A stretch of DNA of 64,000 nt from a virus: IMG/VR virus record IMGVR_UViG_3300025732_000017; one strand, written 5' to 3'. The position numbers and the translations under genes are program-made. Of this stretch, positions 17,741 through 26,406 are shown piece after piece (the first letter of the stretch is position 1; each line of letters starts with the position of its first letter). The notes beneath the pieces were generated by a model, which worked only from the letters and a program-made list of their open reading frames with translations, did no database searches and was not told where the DNA came from.

Positions 17741-17833
17741 TCTAAGCCATTGATCTGACACGGCTTTTCCAGCCTTGACCTGGCGCCAGATCCGCCCTAT
17801 ACTGAGTACATGATCAAGGAAAGGAAGACAGAG

Positions 17834-17914
17834 ATGAACCGGATCGTGATCGCCTGCCACCTGTTCAATACGGCCGTGGCTTTTACCTACCTCGCGACGT
17901 GGCTGTTCAAGTAA
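17834..17914 (+). CDS. Hydrophobic micropeptide, 26 aa
   Basis: Directly behind promoter 17775 and RBS. Confidence 0.5.
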   Translation: MNRIVIACHLFNTAVAFTYLATWLFK

Positions 17915-17946
17915 GCAACCACCCCATCCCAACCAAGGAGATCCCT

Positions 17947-18660
17947 ATGACCGTGACGTATCACGACCACTCCACCACCCCCTTCACCTACCGCACCGAC
18001 GCCTTCAAGGGCGCGACCCTGGCTGTCTGGTCCGAGTGCATCCGCATCATGTCGGATGTGTGGGCGCACGAACAGCGCGCCCTGGTGTGGGATGAGGAAG
18101 CCGGCAAGTTCGGCACCCTCTCGCTGGACAATTCCGAATTCTCCAGCAAGACCCAGCCCCAGCACGCCACCGTGGACGCGCCGGCCGAGCTGATCGCCCG
18201 CTACCGCGATTCCGTCATCGCCCGCAACCACACCCGCCTCCTCGAGGCCTTCAAGGCCAAGAAGGAAGAGGAGCGCATGGCCGTCCGCACCGGCGCCGTC
18301 GTCCTGGTCAAGCGTGGCCGCAAGGACATCGGCAAGGTGGGGAAGGTGGTCTTTATCAAGGACATGCCCTACTCCACCGGCTGGCGCTCCCACCTGGCGC
18401 CCAAGGCCTGCATCGCCCTCGATGGTCAGAAGACCACCGTCCAGGGCCGCTATGGCAAGACCTTCGACCGCTACACCAACACCATCTGGGTGTGGGTGAA
18501 GAACCTGGACCTGGCGAAGGTGCCGGCGCCCTATGAGGTCACCGACGAGGATCTGGCGCGCATCCGCCAGCAGGCTGAAGCCGAGGCTGACATGCAGCTG
18601 ATCCGCTGGGGCATGAAGGAGGTGTCGTGGCGCAAGCCGGCGAGCTGGCAGGCAGCGTGA
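17947..18660 (+). CDS. Protein with KOW/SH3-like central domain
   Basis: TGAVVLVKRGRKDIGKVGKV; AAGGAG RBS. Confidence 0.6.
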   Translation: MTVTYHDHSTTPFTYRTDAFKGATLAVWSECIRIMSDVWAHEQRALVWDEEAGKFGTLSLDNSEFSSKTQPQHATVDAPAELIARYRDSVIARNHTRLLEAFKAKKEEERMAVRTGAVVLVKRGRKDIGKVGKVVFIKDMPYSTGWRSHLAPKACIALDGQKTTVQGRYGKTFDRYTNTIWVWVKNLDLAKVPAPYEVTDEDLARIRQQAEAEADMQLIRWGMKEVSWRKPASWQAA

Positions 18661-18667
18661 GGTGGCG

Positions 18668-18712
18668 CCCCGGTGGTGTAAAGCACAGAGCGAAGCGTGA
18701 ACACCACCGGGG
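18668..18712. other. 12-bp inverted repeat
   Basis: ccccggtggtgt ... acaccaccgggg, 21-nt loop. Confidence 0.7.
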
Positions 18713-18969
18713 CTGTACAGACCTTTACATAAGGCGAAAACTATATGGGGTTTGGGAAGACACTCTTTTAGCGACCACACCGGTTCAGAGCGCGTCCCAT
18801 TTTTTCGCTGTGGGGGTCTGCATATCTCTGCACGATTCTGCACCCCCCGTCAGTTTCTGTGTTTTTTCCTCTAAGTTCTCCCCGTATTTCTCTGTGCGCC
18901 CTTATTGTTCTACATACCCCCCGTCAAATCTCTGTGGAATTCCGCTAAGTTCTACCCCGTACTTTGTTC

Positions 18970-18998
18970 TTGACTATGTGTTTTTGGAATGATACACT
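18970..18998 (+). promoter_or_regulatory. sigma70-type promoter for QVW array D
   Basis: TTGACT-17bp-TACACT. Confidence 0.65.
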
Positions 18999-19031
18999 AC
19001 CTAGTGTAGGGTATGAACAATAGGTATTATC

Positions 19032-20460
19032 GTGGAAAACATTCATTCTGATATTCTGAGTCCTCTTCATAGTATTCTACATGCTCATATATGGATGAAT
19101 GTAGGGTTCAGAGGGTTCAAATTTGATAGCAACATGGATGTTTTGAATGGTGTTTCATCAATGATTCATCCTGTTAGCTGGAGCTGTGTTCAAGAGATAT
19201 GGAAGCAGGATGTGAACTCATGAATTCTGTCAAAGATCAAGTTTGGGATCGAGTTTGGGATCAAGCCAGAATTCAAGTCTGTGATCAAGCCGGGAATCCA
19301 GTCTGGATTGTCTGGATTCAAGTCTGGAATCAAGTCAGGTATAAGTCATGAATTCTGTCAAAGATCAAGTTTGGAATCAAGTTTGGGATCGAGTTTGGAA
19401 TCAAGTTTGGGATCAAGTTTGGGATCAAGTCGGGATTCAAGTCTGTGATCAAGCCGGGAATCAAGTCTGGCTTCAAGTCTGGGATCAAGTCGGGAATCGA
19501 GCCCGGATTCAAATCAGGAATCAATCATGAATTCTGTCAAGAGTATGATTTGGGTTCAAACTCCACATCCAGTCATCTGGCATCAGCATCAAGCCTGGCT
19601 CCAAGTCTGGAATCAAGTCTGTGATCAATTCGGGAATCAAGTCTTCCTTCAAGTCGAGGATCATCAAGCCTGGAATCAAGTCTTGTATCAAATCAGGATT
19701 CAATCATGAAGTCTGTCAAGTCTAAATTCTGGTATCAAGTTAGGGATCAAGTCGGGAATCAAGTCTCCAATCAAGTCTTGTCTCAAGTCTGGGGTCAAGT
19801 CTGGAATCAAGACGGAGATACGTTGTGAAGTCTGTCAAAGATCAAGTTCATGACCAAGTCTGGCGTCAAGTCAGGAATCAAGTCTGGGATCAAGTCAGGA
19901 TTCAAGACGGACATCAAGTCTGGCATCAAGTCTTTGATCAAATCGAGAATCAAGTCATGAATCAAATCTGGGCTCAAGTCTGGTATCAATCATGAAACAT
20001 GTTGATCGAGAAGTCTGGTTTCAAGTCTGGCTTCAAGTCAGGAATCAAGTCGAGGATCAAGTCTTGGATCAAGTCGAGAATCAAATCTGGAATCAAGTTC
20101 GGGATCAAGTCGGAGATACGTTATGAATTCTGTCAAGAGTATGATTTGGGTTCAAACTCCAACTCTAGTCATCTGGCGTCAAGTGTCGCATCCCTTCTGG
20201 GATAGAATCAGGAGTGAAATCTATATGCCTGTTTGGAGGGAGCCGAATAATGTTTTGATTGCTCTGAAGCAGGATGTGAACTCATGAATTCTGTCAACGA
20301 TCCGGTCTGGAATCGAGCATCTAGTTCAGCTCCACCCGTCAGCCATCAAGTCACGCCTCGTGTCTCTGGTCCGGTCTGGAATGAAGTGTATATTCCTGTT
20401 TTGGAAACACTCAACATTGTTTTGACTGCTCTGAAGCAGGATATTACAAGTGGTTCATGA
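19032..20460 (+). repeat. QVW mini-ORF array D: nine coupled ORFs
   Basis: 19032-19223, 19220-19351, 19348-19530, 19527-19709, 19706-19828, 19825-19995, 19992-20126, 20123-20287, 20284-20460; every junction is ATGA or GTGA. Confidence 0.85.
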
Positions 20461-20551
20461 ATGGTTTGTAATGGATTCTGGTGATGGTACGCTGCGTTAT
20501 AGATAGGTATAGGGGATGTTCCCCTTACATGTCTCTCAATGGAGAATACAC

Positions 20552-20725
20552 ATGAGAACACTCGCATTTGCTATTGCTACGATTTTTGCTCTGAATACTG
20601 GTGTTGCTTTGGCTGCTGATCCACCAAAGGCTCCTGCTGCGAAGACTGACGCTGCCAACAAGAAGAAGGCACCAAAGAAGAATGCTGATGCAAAGAAGAC
20701 ACCAGCGCCAGCTGCCAAGAAGTAA
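20552..20725 (+). CDS. Small exported K/A/P-rich protein
   Basis: Signal peptide ending ALA-A; GGAG RBS. Confidence 0.65.
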   Translation: MRTLAFAIATIFALNTGVALAADPPKAPAAKTDAANKKKAPKKNADAKKTPAPAAKK

Positions 20726-20738
20726 CATGTGAGATTGT

Positions 20739-20773
20739 GGGGGGCTCTACAGTCGTGGAGCCTCCTTTTTTTT
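20739..20773 (+). terminator. Intrinsic terminator
   Basis: ggggctc...gagcctcc stem followed by T9. Confidence 0.7.
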
Positions 20774-20786
20774 ATTGGAGGAAGGA

Positions 20787-21182
20787 ATGATAGAGTGCTT
20801 GATCTTGGGTGATTCCATTGCTGTTGGCATACAGCAGCATCGCATTGAATGTGCGTCATATGCACATGTCGGATGGACATCGGAGAAATGGAATCGTACA
20901 TACCTGAACAAGGATTTGTCTGCACAAGTCGTTGTCATATCCCTTGGCTCCAATGATTGGTCCGATAAGGTTACCAAGTATGAACTGATGCGTCTCCGCG
21001 AGAAGGTTCGTGCCGATCTCGTGTTTTGGATATTGCCCGCGATAAAGCCCGAGATACGAAACGTGGTGCGTGAGGTCGCTGACATGCGTGGTGACTTGGT
21101 CGTGCCAATTACAGATATATCCAAGGATGGTGTTCATCCGACGCCAGCTGGATACAAGGAACTTGCAAGAAAGGTAAAATGA
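20787..21182 (+). CDS. SGNH/GDSL hydrolase
   Basis: LGDSI, GSND, DGVHP blocks. Confidence 0.85.
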   Translation: MIECLILGDSIAVGIQQHRIECASYAHVGWTSEKWNRTYLNKDLSAQVVVISLGSNDWSDKVTKYELMRLREKVRADLVFWILPAIKPEIRNVVREVADMRGDLVVPITDISKDGVHPTPAGYKELARKVK

Positions 21183-21183
21183 A

Positions 21184-21900
21184 ATGAAGCTGCATGAATT
21201 GAAAATGGACAAGGAGACATGCGACAAGTTGATTGCATGTGCGATCTCCATGGAATCTGCCGAGGAGACGCGAGGTGATCGTGATGGTACACCTGCGTTT
21301 GTCAGTCGCACAAAAGAGGTGATGCCAGGTCTACATAAACATCCAATTGGACCTAATGGAACTCTATCATCCATTAGTCGCACAAAAGGTGGAATCAAGG
21401 AGTCAGCTGCGATCAAGGATCGCAGCATGTTTGCTGATGACCGAGAATACCTGATTCTGAAGCACTATGAAAATCATCAGGAATCTGGATACACGAATTA
21501 TACGTCGGCTGAGATTGATGCTTTGGTTCCACAGGAAATTCTGGATCATTTCAAGTTGCGTCGTGAGGATTGTCGCATTGACGTAAAGCGTTCTTCTCCG
21601 GGAAAAATACACATTCCACACAAGGACTATTACATCAACTACAAGTACAATCTCGTGGACAACAATGGAAATCTCGAATACGTTCCAAAGGATTCCATGA
21701 ATGGCATTGATGTCATACGAATCTGGATTACATTGACGGAACCGCGCTTTGGTCATGTATTGATCGTTGAGGACACTCCATTCTACCATTTGGAGCAGGG
21801 TTCAATCGTGACATGGGATACGCATGAACTGCACACGGCTGCAAATCTTGGATATGAGGATAGGTTCATCATGACGATTACGGGAAGCATTTGTGCGTAA
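21184..21900 (+). CDS. 2OG-Fe(II) oxygenase-like protein (Asp/Asn beta-hydroxylase-like)
   Basis: IPHKD ... ELHTAANLG..R jelly-roll motif. Confidence 0.65.
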   Translation: MKLHELKMDKETCDKLIACAISMESAEETRGDRDGTPAFVSRTKEVMPGLHKHPIGPNGTLSSISRTKGGIKESAAIKDRSMFADDREYLILKHYENHQESGYTNYTSAEIDALVPQEILDHFKLRREDCRIDVKRSSPGKIHIPHKDYYINYKYNLVDNNGNLEYVPKDSMNGIDVIRIWITLTEPRFGHVLIVEDTPFYHLEQGSIVTWDTHELHTAANLGYEDRFIMTITGSICA

Positions 21901-22105
21901 GATGGAAACACCCTGCGTCAAGGTTTGCGTGATTGACGAGAAGACGACGCATTGCATTGGATGTGGGCGCACTCGCCGCGAGATTGCCGAGTGGACATGC
22001 TTGACAAAGAACGAGCGGTTGTCTATAATGGCAGAATGCTTGGTTCGCATTGAGAGGATGACGAAACGTGGAAAACTGGATTCGGGAAAAAGTAGACGCG
22101 ACTGA
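21893..22105 (+). CDS. DUF1289-type Cys-rich protein
   Basis: PCVKVC...CIGCGRT..EI.EW. Confidence 0.8.
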   Translation: MRKMETPCVKVCVIDEKTTHCIGCGRTRREIAEWTCLTKNERLSIMAECLVRIERMTKRGKLDSGKSRRD

Positions 22106-22463
22106 CATGGAGACGAAGATTGCTCTGGTCGCATGGGTCATGAAGCATATCGTGGATCATGCGAAAGATGGCGGTTCTTTTCGATATCTGATCTACACTC
22201 GTCTTGGACTGGATACGTCTGCGTATGTTCCACTGTGTGCTGATGGCATGACGATTTCCAATGAGTTTGATCTAAATCTGAAGGATGATCTGGTCGCAGC
22301 ATTGAAGGCGAAGGATTATCGCAAGATGAAGGATATCCTTGGATTGTGCGATCAGTTGGATTGTTGGAATCATGCATCTGTCTGGACACCTCAGGTTGAT
22401 GGTGTTTCCGCGCTGTGTTTCATGCATTCTGGAAAAGACTTGTGCGGTAATAAAGACGCTTGA
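22068..22463 (+). CDS. Hypothetical protein
   Basis: GTG-start ORF. Confidence 0.55.
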   Translation: MENWIREKVDATDMETKIALVAWVMKHIVDHAKDGGSFRYLIYTRLGLDTSAYVPLCADGMTISNEFDLNLKDDLVAALKAKDYRKMKDILGLCDQLDCWNHASVWTPQVDGVSALCFMHSGKDLCGNKDA

Positions 22464-22494
22464 CATTTCCAATAGTTTGGTGCATAATGACAGC

Positions 22495-22692
22495 ATGATG
22501 TACACGATACACTTCACCAATCTGGAAAGCGCGGACGCTGAGTTCGCGCATTTTCATGATGTTCTGGATCATCTTCGCACACACAACTTTACTGCTACTG
22601 TAAAGCGCGATGGGCGAGTTATCGCGACATGGTCTCCGTCTAATGGACTGGACATGTCTTTTCCTACCATGGAGAGTTTTGAAAATGTCTAG
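22495..22692 (+). CDS. Hypothetical protein
   Basis: Follows promoter TTGACA(22460)-17-CATAAT. Confidence 0.55.
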   Translation: MMYTIHFTNLESADAEFAHFHDVLDHLRTHNFTATVKRDGRVIATWSPSNGLDMSFPTMESFENV

Positions 22693-22921
22693 TAGGTCCT
22701 ACGATATTGATCCTGTGCTTGAGGAGTTTCCTGGGCGCTGTGGTTTCCAAATCTTCCTCTTTGAGGGAGATGATTGCGTGTGGGAAGATTTCTTCGCGAC
22801 GAAGGAAGACGCTGTGGATTTTGGCGAGGACTTCCTTGAGGGTTGGTTCCGCGATGGCTTTCCGACCTCGCATGTCAAGTGGCATCAGGAGAGGGAGACG
22901 CGAATTCCATACGATGCATAA
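22685..22921 (+). CDS. Acidic hypothetical protein
   Basis: GGAGAG RBS. Confidence 0.5.
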   Translation: MSSRSYDIDPVLEEFPGRCGFQIFLFEGDDCVWEDFFATKEDAVDFGEDFLEGWFRDGFPTSHVKWHQERETRIPYDA

Positions 22922-22929
22922 ATATTCGT

Positions 22930-23520
22930 ATGGATACATTCAAAAGATTTCTAGAAGAGCGTTTCGTCAATTTGTTGCATGATGATCCTCGCAAGCATCA
23001 ATATGCTGATGAGGTTCATGGTATGCTGCAGAAGGCTTATGAGAAGATCGGAGGCATTCATGGCTCTGGCTTCCGCGACAAGCACGACATGATCAAGAAC
23101 ATTCCGATGTGGAAGCTGAAGAAGAAGGGTGGCAAGATCGTCTCTGCTGTCTTCTACAAGGACAAGGATGGGCGCAAGTCCGTTGCTACTGCTTCCGATG
23201 GTTCGGAAGAAGGTAAAAAGGGTGTTGCTGAGATCTTTCGTGATGATCTGAAGCGTGGTCGTGCATATGGCGAGAGATCTTCCGCTGCTCTATCATTCAC
23301 CAAGAGAGTAGTTGGTGCAGATGAGTTGGGCAAGCATGTTGTTCCATATCATCATGTACACAAGCATTTGTCTCCAGGTGAGGAGATTCGTCGCCCACCA
23401 GAGAATGATCCTGAGTTACAAAGACATCCAGAATATAGAGATCATTTTTATCAGAGAAAGATTGGTGATGCGTGGCACACCAAGTTGATGATTGGCAAGC
23501 CAGGGATGAAGTTGAAATGA
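22930..23520 (+). CDS. Hypothetical protein, possibly late
   Basis: CATAAATA at 22917; FKRFLEE-type N-terminus. Confidence 0.6.
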   Translation: MDTFKRFLEERFVNLLHDDPRKHQYADEVHGMLQKAYEKIGGIHGSGFRDKHDMIKNIPMWKLKKKGGKIVSAVFYKDKDGRKSVATASDGSEEGKKGVAEIFRDDLKRGRAYGERSSAALSFTKRVVGADELGKHVVPYHHVHKHLSPGEEIRRPPENDPELQRHPEYRDHFYQRKIGDAWHTKLMIGKPGMKLK

Positions 23521-23699
23521 GATCTTATAGAATTGTTGAAGTGATTTCCAACCTGCACAAGAACTATGTGGTTCATTTGTATGAGGCTGGGATTGAGGAA
23601 GAGAAGCGGCTTGTATTTGAGAGCCGTGATCGTGCCGAAGAAGCAGCTCTGCATTATGTCACCGAGTACAGTGGTTATTTGCCATTTGATGATGAGTGA
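23517..23699 (+). CDS. Hypothetical protein
   Basis: ATGA-coupled. Confidence 0.5.
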   Translation: MRSYRIVEVISNLHKNYVVHLYEAGIEEEKRLVFESRDRAEEAALHYVTEYSGYLPFDDE

Positions 23700-23776
23700 C
23701 GCTGTTCGCTAAATAATTTCGTATATCATGTATCTGATGAAACATACAGACACTCCAATGATGTGGATTTCAGAAC

Positions 23777-24100
23777 ATGAACATAAACATAGACAAGATC
23801 CTAAGGGATCCAAGGCAAGACCTATTCGTTTATGATAATATCTCCAAGAGATGGTATTGCCGAGAATACTCCGATTCCATTTGTCCAGAACCAAGCATAG
23901 AGTTTTATACCAAACTCGTCGTCATGGAAATTTTGGTGATGTTGGGTGAATGCGAAAATCCCCAGAAAAAAGTCCTTGACGGCGCTGATCGCATTGACTA
24001 TAATAGATTCATTGATATGGTTCGTGAAAGGTTCAATGTACCATGGAAAAGTACTTCATCAAGCCCACCGAAGGATTCCATTTCTCCAAAAATGGACTGA
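23777..24100 (+). CDS. Hypothetical protein
   Basis: ORF track. Confidence 0.4.
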   Translation: MNINIDKILRDPRQDLFVYDNISKRWYCREYSDSICPEPSIEFYTKLVVMEILVMLGECENPQKKVLDGADRIDYNRFIDMVRERFNVPWKSTSSSPPKDSISPKMD

Positions 24101-24510
24101 AGATGGTTCAGGAGCACTACGGCGGAACATATGTCGGATACTTCTGCACGAAGCGTCGCGACGGAAGCTGGAATGATACTCCTGTAGATGTTTTCTATCA
24201 GCCGAATCCTGATGTGTCCAAGGGACATTCACATTACTTTGGTGTGTTTCGTCGTGATGTTGGCGTGTACATTACCAATGCGATTTCGGTGACTGAGCAG
24301 CCGATGCTTGGTGTTGTTGCGAACGATGGCGAAGTTGTAGTGTCCAGATATAGACATGATTATAGGAGGAGCAATGATGGATCCGTATTCATTGATGGGG
24401 GTCGAGATTATACTAAGTATGGCTGGGCTAATTCTTCTGGTGATGTTGGCGGTGTTCTACCGAAGCTGACCCAGGTCAAGATCGTGGAAGACAAGCTGGT
24501 CGCAGAATGA
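24043..24510 (+). CDS. Conserved phage protein
   Basis: SRYRHDY...FIDGGRDY motif. Confidence 0.7.
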   Translation: MEKYFIKPTEGFHFSKNGLKMVQEHYGGTYVGYFCTKRRDGSWNDTPVDVFYQPNPDVSKGHSHYFGVFRRDVGVYITNAISVTEQPMLGVVANDGEVVVSRYRHDYRRSNDGSVFIDGGRDYTKYGWANSSGDVGGVLPKLTQVKIVEDKLVAE

Positions 24511-24713
24511 TCGTCCAGCTGCATCCTTCCATTCCTGTTGTCACACCGCAGGGTAATGCTCAGGCCATGATGGTAATTGATTATGGTCCTGAGCATGATC
24601 TTATTTGGGTTTGTTTTCTTGACAGCAATGGTCAATGCTGGTCATATAGAAATTCGGAGATTCGTGGACAGAAGAATATAACGATGGGGCGTTTTGATGT
24701 TGAAACACGATAA
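24507..24713 (+). CDS. Conserved phage protein
   Basis: IPVVTPQG...IDYGPEHDLIWVC motif. Confidence 0.7.
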   Translation: MIVQLHPSIPVVTPQGNAQAMMVIDYGPEHDLIWVCFLDSNGQCWSYRNSEIRGQKNITMGRFDVETR

Positions 24714-25154
24714 TTCTCCTCTAGTCAGAACCAATACACAGATCAAGGACAATCTGCGAGAATTGTCCAAAGCAATTCATGCATATCAGCAGTCATTGGA
24801 CAATGCTGTCGCGGAGATTGAGTTTCTTGAAAAGCAGAGGCTTCAGCTGCAATATCAAATTGAATTTGCATTTACATTTCCTGATGGCGAGTCTTTGTCA
24901 TTGGAACAGTTGGCTGACGATTATTATCGTCTGAAAAAGCAGGTCGGTGAATGGTGACTGAATTTGATCGCATCATGAACAAGATCTCGGATCGTCAGGA
25001 TGGTCGCATCTATCAGATGTGGCGAGCATGGATGGTGATGCCCGAGCCTAGATTACAGTTCCATGAAATTATCTCCAGGGAGTTTGGTTTGTCATTGAAT
25101 GAGGCCTACATACTGGTGAGGCACTTATTTCCTTCAAACAGGAGTGGTCAATGA
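24694..25154 (+). CDS. Two hypothetical proteins (24694-24957, 24951-25154)
   Basis: Overlapping operon ORFs. Confidence 0.5.
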
Positions 25155-26098
25155 AAAAAATCATAATCTCTACACTATCAGTTCTCTTTAGTGCGTCCGT
25201 TTACGCTCAAACATTAGATCCAAACTTGAAAGCATACTCATCGGTACCAGCTGTATCAGGAACCATTAAGTCAATCGGTTCTGATACACTCAACAATCTG
25301 ATGACACTTTGGGCTGAAGGTTTTAGAAAAGTTTATCCAAATGTTCAGATTGAAATTGAAGGAAAAGGTTCTTCTACTGCTCCACCAGCTCTCGTAGCAG
25401 GAACAGCTCAGTTTGGTCCAATGAGTCGCCTAATGAAAGGCGCTGAGATTGATGCATTTGAAAAGAAGTTTGGTTATAAGCCCACAGCTATCAATGTTTC
25501 CCTTGACAGTCTAGCTGTCTATGTTCACAAGGATAATCCAATCAAGTGCTTGACCCTTCAGCAAGTTGACGCCATCTTCTCCAAGAATCGTCGCGGCGGT
25601 TATGTAGGGGATATTACTAACTGGTCTCAAGTTGGTGTGACCAACGCAGGAGTCATGAGTATTTATGGTAGAAACTCTGCATCTGGAACTTATGGGTTTT
25701 TCAAGGAAACCGCTCTATTCAATGGCGACTATAAGGATTCTGTAAAGGAACAGCCAGGAAGTTCTACGGTGGTGCAAGGAGTTGCATCTGATAAAAACGG
25801 AATTGGCTATTCTGGTATTGGGTACAAGACTGCTGACGTTCGCGCAGTTCCAATTGCAAGCAAGCCAGGAAGCGAATGCTTTGAGGCAACCGAAGAAAAC
25901 GTGCTGAGTGGCGACTATCCTCTAGCAAGATTCCTCGTTGTCTATGTAAACAAGAATCCAACCCAAAAGATGGATCCTCTGAGACTTGAATTCATCAAGT
26001 TCATTCTTTCTAAAGAGGGACAAGAAGTAAACATCAAGGACGGTTACTATCCAGTAACTTCTGCAATAGTTGAAGATGAACTAAACAAAGTAAAGTGA
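25151..26098 (+). CDS. pstS: Phosphate-binding protein PstS
   Basis: Signal peptide; GSDT, GSSTA, RNSASGTYGFF, YPLAR motifs. Confidence 0.93.
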   Translation: MKKIIISTLSVLFSASVYAQTLDPNLKAYSSVPAVSGTIKSIGSDTLNNLMTLWAEGFRKVYPNVQIEIEGKGSSTAPPALVAGTAQFGPMSRLMKGAEIDAFEKKFGYKPTAINVSLDSLAVYVHKDNPIKCLTLQQVDAIFSKNRRGGYVGDITNWSQVGVTNAGVMSIYGRNSASGTYGFFKETALFNGDYKDSVKEQPGSSTVVQGVASDKNGIGYSGIGYKTADVRAVPIASKPGSECFEATEENVLSGDYPLARFLVVYVNKNPTQKMDPLRLEFIKFILSKEGQEVNIKDGYYPVTSAIVEDELNKVK

Positions 26099-26109
26099 GG
26101 AGAAATATT

Positions 26110-26406
26110 ATGGCAAAGTATATCTTGAAGTGCATTGATGATACGAATGATGCTCTTGGAGCAACTGTGACATATGAGTTTGAAGCTGAAGAGATGACGA
26201 ATATCACATATCATCTTGCTCAGTTTCTTCGTTCAGCAGGATTCACTTGGGTTGATGATGTTGAGGTCGTAAAGGATAATTTTCTTGATGATCCCGATGC
26301 GCCTGCTGAGGACATAATTGATGATTCTTCTATCATGTATAGTGCGGGTGGTTCTGATCGTGCTGATGACAACATGTCAGTATCGCACGATAGGGATACG
26401 AAGTAA
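26110..26406 (+). CDS. Acidic conserved phage protein
   Basis: FLRSAGFTW motif; GAGGAG RBS. Confidence 0.6.
   Translation: MAKYILKCIDDTNDALGATVTYEFEAEEMTNITYHLAQFLRSAGFTWVDDVEVVKDNFLDDPDAPAEDIIDDSSIMYSAGGSDRADDNMSVSHDRDTK

Larger units (their letters stand above)
3666..17803 (+). repeat. Dispersed promoter-cassette repeat (23 sigma70 promoters, all + strand)
   Basis: -35 hexamers at 3666, 4036, 4893, 6130, 6792, 7699, 8053, 8880, 9198, 10190, 10501, 11237, 12238, 12549, 12885, 13146, 13971, 14287, 15715, 16015, 16797, 17139, 17775; 17 bp (18 at 17139) to TATACT/TATTCT/CATAGT/TACACT; 19 have an upstream YAA-N4-TTGAT-type element. Confidence 0.95.

Noticed and set aside
4003-17780. FNR/FixK boxes
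   Set aside because: TTGAT is present but the ATCAA half-site is absent; the conserved partner is an upstream TAA
9161-17790. Integron attC sites
   Set aside because: Some repeats begin RYYYAAC overlapping a stop codon (gcctaac, acctaac), but I see no palindromic stem, no GTTRRRY end and no IntI in the window
2024-19989. Antisense MIPDLIPDL ORFs and long minus-strand ORFs in the GC-rich block (e.g. 11054-12067, 13168-13962, 17887-18843)
   Set aside because: Shadow frames of repeats and of GC3-rich genes; promoters and RBSs all point to the + strand
19220-20126. CRISPR array
   Set aside because: Units are abutting 12-bp tandem repeats without unique spacers; no cas genes apart from a generic RecB/Cas4-fold exonuclease typical of T4-like phages
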